Below, piece after piece: positions 55,001 through 64,000 of a stretch of 64,000 nt of DNA (its first letter is position 1; every line of letters starts with the position of its first letter). Position numbers and translations under genes: made by a program. The DNA comes from Eledone cirrhosa. Taxonomy: Eukaryota. Under the pieces are notes generated by a model that ran no database searches, was not told where the DNA came from, and was given only the letters and a program-made list of their open reading frames with translations. The stretch spans positions 33,170,001 to 33,234,000 of the forward strand of contig OZ024741.1 of assembly GCA_964016885.1 (NCBI GenBank), in the 5' to 3' direction.

Positions 55001-58000
55001 CGATTAAGACTACTACCAGTAACACAACCACCACGATTAAGACCACTACCAGTAACACAACCACCACTATTAAGACCACCACCAGTAACACAACCACCAC
55101 CTTTAAGACCACCACCAGTAACACAATCACCACGATTAAGACCACTACCAGTAACACAACCACCACTAAGACCACTACCAGTAACACAACCACCACGATT
55201 AAGAGCACTACCAGCAAAACAACCAGCACTATTAAGACCACTACCACTAACACAACCACCACGATTAAGACCACTACCACTAACACAATCACCACTATTA
55301 AGACCACTACCAGTAACACAGCCACCACGATTGAGACCACTACCAGTAACAAAACCACCACTAAGACCACTACCAGTAACACAACCACCACCATTATGAG
55401 CACTACCAGCAACACAACCAGCACTAAGACCACTACCAGTAACACAACCACCACGATTAAGACCACCACCAGTAACACAACCACCACTATTAAGACCACC
55501 ACCAGTAACATAACCACCACTATTAAGACCAATACCAGTAACACAACCACCACTATTAAGACCACTACCAGTAACACCACCACCACTATTAAGACCACTA
55601 CCAGTAACACAACCACCACTATTAAAACCACTACCAGTAACACAACCACCACAATTAAGACCACTACCAGTAACACAACCACCACTATTAAGACGACTAC
55701 CAGTAACACAACCACCACAATTAAGACCATCACCAGTAACCCAACCACCACGATTAAGACCACTACCAGTAACACAACCACCGCTAATACCACCACCAGT
55801 AACATAACCACCACTATTAAGACCACTACCAGTAACACAACCACCACGACTAAGACCACTACCAGTAACACAACCACCACTATTAAGACTACTACCAGCA
55901 ACACAATCACCACTATTAAGACCACTACCATCAACACAACCACCACTATGACCACTACCAGTAACACAACCACCACTATTAAGACCACCACCAGTAACAC
56001 AACCACCACTATTAAGACCAGCACCAGTAACACAGCCACCACTATTAAGACCACTACCGCTAACACAATCACCACTATTAAGACCACTACCAGTAAAACA
56101 ACCACCACGATTAAGACCACTACCACTAACACAATCACCACTATTAAGACCACTACCAGCAACACAACCACCACTATTAAGACCACTACCACTAACACAA
56201 TCACCACTAAGCCCACCACCAGTAACACAACCACCACTATTAAGACCACTACCAGTAACACAATCACCACGATTAAGACCACTACCACTAACACAATCAC
56301 CACAATTAAGACCACTACTAGTAACACAACCACCACGATTAAGACCACTACCAGTAACACAACCGCCACTAAGACCACCACCAGTAACACAACCACCACT
56401 ATTAAGACCACTACCAGTAACACAACCACCACAATTAAGACCACCACCAGCAACACAACCACCACGATTAAGACCACTACCAGCAACACAACCACCACTA
56501 TTAAGACCACTACCAGTAACACAACCACCACTAAAACCACTACCAGTAACACAACCACCATTGAGACCACCACCAGTAACACAACCACCACTATTAAACA
56601 ACTACCAGTAACACAACCACCACTATTAAGACCACCACCAGTAACACAACCACCACCATTAAGACCACTACCAGCAACACAACTACCACTATTAAGACCA
56701 CTACCAGCAACAAAACCACCACTATTAAGTCCACTACCAGTAACACAACCACCACTATTAAGACCACTACCAGTAACACAACCACCACTATTAAGACCAC
56801 TACCAGTAACACAACCGCCACAATTAAGACCACCACCAGCAACACAGCCACCACGATTAAGACCACTACCAGCAACACAACCACCACTATTAAGACCACT
56901 ACCAGTAACACAACCACCACTAAAACCACTACCAGTAACACAACCACCATTGAGACCACCACCAGTAACACAACCACCACTATTAAGACCACTACCAGTA
57001 ACACAACCACCACAATTAAGACCACCACCAGCAACACAACCACCACTATTAAGACCACTACCAGCAACACAACCACCACTATTAAGACCACTACCAGTAA
57101 CACAACCACCACTATTAAGACCACTACCAGTAACACAACCACCACTAAAACCACTACCAGTAACACAACCACCACGATTAAGACCACTACCAGTAACACA
57201 ACACCCACTATTAAGACCACTACCAGTAACACAACCACCACGATTAAGACGACTACCAGTAACACAACCACCACTATTAAGACCACTACCAGTAACACAA
57301 CCACCATTGAGACCACCACCAGTAACACAACCACCACTATTAAGACCACTACCAGTAACACAACCACCACTATTAAGACCACCACCAGTAACACAACCAC
57401 CACGATTAAGACCATTACCAGTAACACAACCACCTCTATTAAGACCACTACCAGCAACACAACCACCACTATTAAGACCACTACTAGCAACACAACCACC
57501 ACTATTAAGACCACTACCAGTAACACAACCACCACAATTAAGACCACCACCAGCAACACAACCACCACGATTAAGACCACTACGAGCAACACAACCACCA
57601 CTATTAAGACCACTACCACGAACACAACCTAACTATTAAGACCACTACCAGTAACACAACCACCACTATTAAGACCACTACCAGCAACACAACCACCACT
57701 ATTAAGACCACTACCAGCAACACAACCACCACTATTAAGACTACTACCAGTAACACAACCACCACTATTAAGACCACTACCAGTAACACAACCACCACTA
57801 AAACCACTACCAGTAACACAACCAGCACTATTAAGTCCACTACCAGTAACACAACCACCACTATTAAGACCACTACCAGTAACACAACCACCACTATTAA
57901 GACCACTACCAGTAACAGAACCACCACTATTAAACAACTACCAGTTACACAACCACCACTATTAAGACCACCACCAGTAACACAACCACCACTATTAAGA

Positions 58001-59960
58001 CCAATACCAGTAACACAACCACCACTATTAAGACCACTACCAGTAACACAACCACCACTATTAAGATCACTACCAGTAACACAACCTAACTATTAAGACC
58101 ACTACCAGCAACGCAACCACCACTATTAAGACCACTACCAGTAACACAACCACCACTATTAAGACCACTACCAGTAACACAACCACCACTATTAAGACCA
58201 CTACCAGCAACGCAACCACCACTATTAAGACCACTACCAGTAACACTACCACCACTATTAAGATCACTACCAGTAACACAACCTAACTATTAAGACCACT
58301 ACCAGCAACGCAACCACCACTATTAAGACCACTACCAGTAACACAACCACCACTATTAAGACCACTACCAGTAACACAACCACCACTATTAAGACCACTA
58401 CCAGCAACACAACCACCACTAATAAGTCCACTACCAGTAACACAACCACCACTATTAAGACCACTACCAGTAACACAACCACCACTATTAAGACCACTAC
58501 CAGTAACAGAACCACCACTATTAAGACAACTACCAGTAACACAACCACCACTATTAAGACCACCACCAGTAACACAACCACCACTATTAAGACCAATACC
58601 AGTAACACAACCACCACTTTTAAGACCACTACCAGTAACACAACCACCACTATTAAGATCACTACCAGTAACACAACCTAACTATTAAGACCAGTACCAG
58701 CAACGCAACCACCACTATTAAGACCACTACCAGTAACACAACCACCACTATTAAGACCACTACCAGTAACACAACCACCACTATTAAGACCACTACCAGC
58801 AACGCAACCACCACTATTAAGACCACTACCAGTAACACAACCTAACTATTAAGACCACTACCAGCAACGCAACCACCACTATTAAGACCACTACCAGTAA
58901 CACAACCACCACTGTTAAGACCACTACCAGTAACACAACCACCACTATTAAGACCACTACCAGCAACAGAACCACCACTATTAAGACCACTACCAGTAAC
59001 ACAACCTAACTATTAAGACCACTACCAGCAACAGAACCACCACTATTAAGACCACTACCAGTAACACAACCTAACTATTAAGACCACTACCAGCAACGCA
59101 ACGACCACTATTAAGACCACTACCAGCAACGCAACCACCACTATTAAGACCACTACCAGCAACGCAACCACCACTATTAAGACCACTACCAGCAACGCAA
59201 CCACCACTATTAAGACCACTACCAGCAACGCAACCACCACTATTAAGACCACTACCAGCAACGCAACCACCACTATTAAGACCACTACCAGTAACACAAC
59301 CACCACTATTAAGATCACTACCAGTAACACAACCTAACTATTAAGACCACTACCAGCAACAGAACCACCACTATTAAGACCACTACCAGCAACGCAACCA
59401 CCACTATTAAGACCAATACCAGTAACACAACCACCACTATTAAGACCACTACCAGCAACGCAACCACCACTATTAAGACCACTACCAGTAACACAACCAC
59501 CACTATTAAGATCACTACCAGTTACACAACCAGCTCTATTAAGACCACTACCAGCAACGCAACCACCACTATTAAGATCACTACCAGTAACACAACCAGC
59601 TCTATTAAGACCACTACCAGCAACGCAACCACCACTATTAAGACCACTACCAGTAACACAACCACCACTATTAAGACCACTACCAGTAACACAACCAGCT
59701 CTATTAAGACCACTACCAGTAACACAACCACCACTATTAAGACCACTACCAGTAACACAACCACCACTATTAAGACCACTACCAGTAACACAACCAGCTC
59801 TATTAAGACCACTACCAGTAACACAACCACCACTATTAAGACCACTACCAGTAACACAACCACCACTATTAAGACCACTACCAGTAACACAACCACCACT
59901 ATTAAGACCACTACCAGTAACACAACCACCACTATTAAGACCACTACCAGTAACACGACT
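43090..59960. repeat. ~17-kb minisatellite, 33-bp unit (ACCACTACCAGTAACACAACCACCACTATTAAG) with a 30-bp variant, roughly 500 units
   Basis: Direct reading. It accounts for all the poly-V, KTTTSNTTTTI, RPLPVTQPPLL and GSGLNSGGCVT ORFs. Confidence 0.97.
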
Positions 59961-60089
59961 CCACCATTAAAACCAATACGACCATCAACAGCACCATCTC
60001 AAATGTTGAATCTTCTACATGGTCGCTTCCCCTGTTAGACATAGCAGTTATGTCTTCCTCAAAGCACAACCTAACCAGTAGAAATATCG

Positions 60090-60770
60090 GTCACTCTCCG
60101 ATAGGTTTGAGGTCGAGCCCATAGTTGTGGAAACTTCTGGTATCCTTGACCCCAAATCACCTCACTACTTACCACCATCGGCACGGAGCTGGCTACCCGC
60201 AGGTGTGAGCCTCGTGAGCTGAAATGGCTCTTTAAACGCGTCTTTCTCACCATCCTTAGGGGAAACACCTTCTCTGTTCTGTGCCGGGACCACGGGGCGC
60301 CAGCGCGTGGGGGTCCAATTGCCCATAATAATTGTTTCTACTTTTGGTGCAAGGCCAGCAATTACCAGTACATTACTGGTACTTTATTTTATCGACCTCG
60401 TAAGGATAAAAGGCAAAGTTGACTCCGGCGGGATTTGAACTGAGTCCGACCCTCTACCGATACTGCCAAACCAATAATGAGAGATGGGGAGTGCGAGAGA
60501 GACGGAGGCAGTGACAATAGGAATTTGATTCCATTATGTTCTGACGACATGACTTGACGCATAGAGTTACGACCCTTGCCATTCTGAGTTCAAATCCCGC
60601 CGAGGTTAACTTTGCCTTTCATCCTGACGGGGTCGATAAAATAAAGTACCAGTAATGCACTGGGATAATTGCTGGCCTTGTGCCAAAAGTAGAAACAATT
60701 ATGTTCTGACCAAATATATATGTATATATGTTAGAAAACTATGAAGTGATATGAACGATATCTACACGAA
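60090..60770 (+). mobile_element. CRE-like 3' fragment whose 3' UTR carries two nested SINEs
   Basis: TTIGTELATRRCEPRELKWLFKRVFLTILRGNTFSVL. The UTR matches 32095-32290 but is interrupted by SINEs at ~60330-60470 (-) and ~60546-60700 (+; 13-bp TSD attatgttctgac). Confidence 0.75.
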
Positions 60771-60969
60771 CAACAACAACAACAACAACACAACAGTACA
60801 CTATTCATGAGATAAATACATTATGGTCATGACAGAAATTGACTTTGATCACAGATCGGTCTATAGCTTGTATTAGAGCTGACCTGGGGTTAAATGTTAT
60901 GGCAGGCTTAAGTTTTATGGCTATTACAACAGGTTGTTAAAAGGCAGTTGAGGAATGAAGAAAACACCT

Positions 60970-61590
60970 CGCTACTTTTGGCACAAGGCCAGCAATTATA
61001 ACAGTGCATTACTGGTACTTTATTTTATCGACCCCGCTGGTGTTGACTTTGTCTTGTATCCTGCTAGGGTCGATAAAACAGTAGACAAACAGTGATGTCA
61101 ACATAATTAAGTGTTCCACTCTCTTAACTGCTGATATTTTGCTTAAATAGCAAACACTTAAAGAGTTGGATTGCCAGCATCATTGAATTACGTCCCTTTA
61201 CATTCTGAGTTCAAATTCTCTCGAGATCAACTTTACCTTTTACCCTTACGGGTGATTGGCAGTATTGGTAGAGCGTCGAGCAACATGCTTTGCGACATAT
61301 AGATACGGTCCTTTTATATTCTGAGTTCAAATCCCACCGAGGTCAACTTTGCCTTTCATCCTTACGGAAGCGATAAAACGAAGCATCACTGGGGTCCATT
61401 TAATCGACTTGCTCCTCCCCTTTAATTTGCTGGCCTTGTGCCTAAAATAGAAATAATGATTATTATGTAGGTTAAGTTTGCCTTTCATCCTTACAGGGTC
61501 GATAAAATAAAGTACCAGTAATACACTGGAATAATTGCTGGCCTTTAACCAAAAGTAGAAGCAATTAGTAGTAGTAGTAGCAGCAGTAGC

Positions 61591-61638
<48 letters not shown>

Positions 61639-63260
61639 TATCATTACTATTTGTGTTTGTCACTCTGATGAAATTAGAATTTTTTAAGTTATGTTTACTA
61701 AATGAAATATTTTCTATTTTTGGATATTTTTCAAACAAGGAAGCTTACGAAAGTTGGAGCTCCCCCACCTCCCAATACCTGGGGCTGGTAAAAAAAAAGT
61801 CTGTTTTTAGGCGTATTAAAGATTTATTTCCGTGTGTTTACATTTCCTTCCGGTATAACTATTCATGCTGGGACCTCGACCCCACACAAATTCGTACGAA
61901 AAAGAAAAAACATATACAGACAGAAAAAATAACTTTTTAATTACACAGGAGCGCGTAAATATTTCACGGGAGAAAAAATAATGACATTTTGACAGGAAAC
62001 AACAATATTAACTATAACATTCACTAGAAAAAATATAACAGTTTCTCATTCATCAGCACAACATAATACAAGTATATTTTGAACGTGAATGTACGTATCA
62101 AGACGTATTCTACTTGGTAAAGTTTTGTTTTGCAAGGCCGAGAAAAGAGCAACTTACTTAACTATACATCGTCAACAACTAAGGAGAAATCCTCATACTT
62201 TCAAAAGAATAATTAGAGGGTGCTGTCTCTTATGTGTCTGATCCACTATGTCCGAAAAATTAATAAGATGTCTATGATAATAGACCTGGTTGATGAGTAA
62301 TGGCCGACGGCGAAGCAACAAAACTTGTCCATTTCATATACATAGCCATTATTACAGTATCGGTAGAGGGTCGAACGCCATGCTTCGCAGCATAGAGTTA
62401 CGTCCCCTTGCAGTCTGGGTTCGAATCCTGCCGAGGTTCATTTTGCCTTTCATCCTTACGGGGTCGATAAAATAAAGTACCAGTAATGTACTGGATAATT
62501 GCTGGCTTTGTGCCAAAAGTAGAAACAATTATTACAGTATAGCCATTATGGCAGTATCGGTAGAGAGTTGGACGCCAGTATGGAGTTACAGCCCTTTACG
62601 GTCTGTGTTCAAATCCCGGCGAGGTTAACTTTGCCTTTCATCCTTACGGGGTCGATAAAATAAGTACCAGTAATACACTGGAATAATTGCTGGCCTTGCG
62701 CCAAAAGTAGAAAAAATGATTACATAATTCGAAATATTCTTTCTTGTATTAAAAGACAGTAATATACGGGATTTAAAGATTGTTATTTCTAGGAGGCTGG
62801 GTGACAGCATGAATGCCCACTAGTTAACTCATGAGGATGTATAGTCGACATTAATTACTATTGTGATGTGGATTGGCAGTATTGGTAGAAGGTCTGACGC
62901 CATGCTTTGACGCATAGAGTTACGACCCTTGCCATTCTGAGTTCAAATCCCGCCGAGGTTAACTTTGCCTTTCATCCTTACGGGGTCGATAAAATAAAGT
63001 ACCAGTAATGCACTGGGTAATTGCTTGTCTTGTGCCAAAAGTAGAAACAATTAATTACTATTGTGATGGGTAGTGGATTGCCAGTATCGGTAGAGGGTCG
63101 GACACCATTGTTTGCAGCAAAGAGTTACGGCTCTTTATGGTCTAAGCTCAAATCCCGCCGAGGTTAACTTTGCCTTTCAACCTTACAGGGTCGATAACAT
63201 AAAGTACCAGTAATACACTGGACTAATTTCTGGCCTTGTGCCAAAAGTAGAAACAATTAA
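60970..63260 (+). mobile_element. Cluster of at least 8 further major-family tRNA-SINE copies or fragments
   Basis: Copies at ~60975-61037 (-), 61168-61252, 61254-61460, 61470-61566, 62355-62531, 62549-62715, 62869-63053 and 63074-63258. Confidence 0.85.
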
Positions 63261-63623
63261 TTACTATTGTGATGCTAGTATTTTGGTATCCTCGTCGTTT
63301 TTTTGATATTATCTGAGTTGTTGTTACCGATGTCTGCTATATATTGTCATTGTCGACATAGAAAAGGGTTTGCCAGCGTAGAACAAGTAAGACCTATAAG
63401 TATATCCATATATATGTATGCAAACACACACACACATATATATATAAATATGTGTGTGTGTGTACATATATATATATATATGTGTGTGTACACATATATA
63501 TATATATGTATGTGTACACATATATATATACGTGTGTGTGTTGTTGCTGGTGTTGTTGTTTTGGTTGTCTCTGTTGCTGTCGTTGGCTTTCTCTTGCTAA
63601 TCTGTCTGTAGATACATATATAT

Positions 63624-63700
63624 ATTTCCCTTGCCGTCCTCCGAGGAAACGCCTTCTCCATTCTGTCCGCCGGGGCTGTGGGTGGGCCCCATCGCGTACC
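63624..63700 (+). mobile_element. CRE-like extreme 3' fragment
   Basis: Reads ISLAVLRGNAFSILSAG. Confidence 0.55.
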
Positions 63701-64000
63701 AATACATTAGTTAAATACAATTCTTTCATCTGATATATCTCTAAATTATATTGTGTACAATATATAAACACAAAGTATTCATATATAGGAAGATGAGAAT
63801 AAGCTAAGTGATGTTGCTGTTGTTATTAGTTAGTTAGTTGTATACTTCTGTCAACTCAACTTCCTGGAAATTATAATCCTGCAATATACATAAATGAGTC
63901 GGCTAGTTATAAGTAATTGGTGGTGATAGTTGTGACTGCTACATATTTGGGCTGTCAAGGTGGCAGCTGAATCATCTTTTGTGAGTGAAGATGCAGGGTC

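Noticed and set aside
43617-59956. Poly-Val and GSGLNSGGCVT minus-strand ORFs
   Set aside because: By-products of a triplet-phased repeat. The poly-V/L/I product is implausible, and common variants are non-synonymous in the Gly/Cys frame.
61750-61786. 36-nt minus-strand micro-exon (ttttaccag..gtaagc); also a 10-nt ag..gtgagt near 21880
   Set aside because: Splice-like signals only, as expected by chance, with no supporting gene context.

Overview
This is repeat-rich, AT-rich animal DNA, most likely cephalopod (octopus-like), inferred from the SINE types and the dense (TA)n/(GA)n/(GATA)n microsatellites. No complete host gene is visible; at most there is one short candidate terminal exon near 550. 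The first 43 kb are mostly non-LTR retroelements. They include one RTE LINE with an intact 1040-aa APE+RT ORF, two decayed full-length Tx1/L1-clade elements in tandem within (GATA)n, a decayed R4/Dong-like RT+REL element, CRE-like 3' fragments and several Penelope-like (GIY-YIG) fragments. About ten type I hammerhead-ribozyme motifs, intact or decayed, were read by eye. They lie in Penelope-type terminal repeats and in small non-coding fold-back or partially tandem elements flanked by (TA)n. A ~17-kb 33/30-bp minisatellite spans 43.1-60.0 kb, followed by a dense tRNA-SINE cluster. All folds and family assignments are manual and were not computed.
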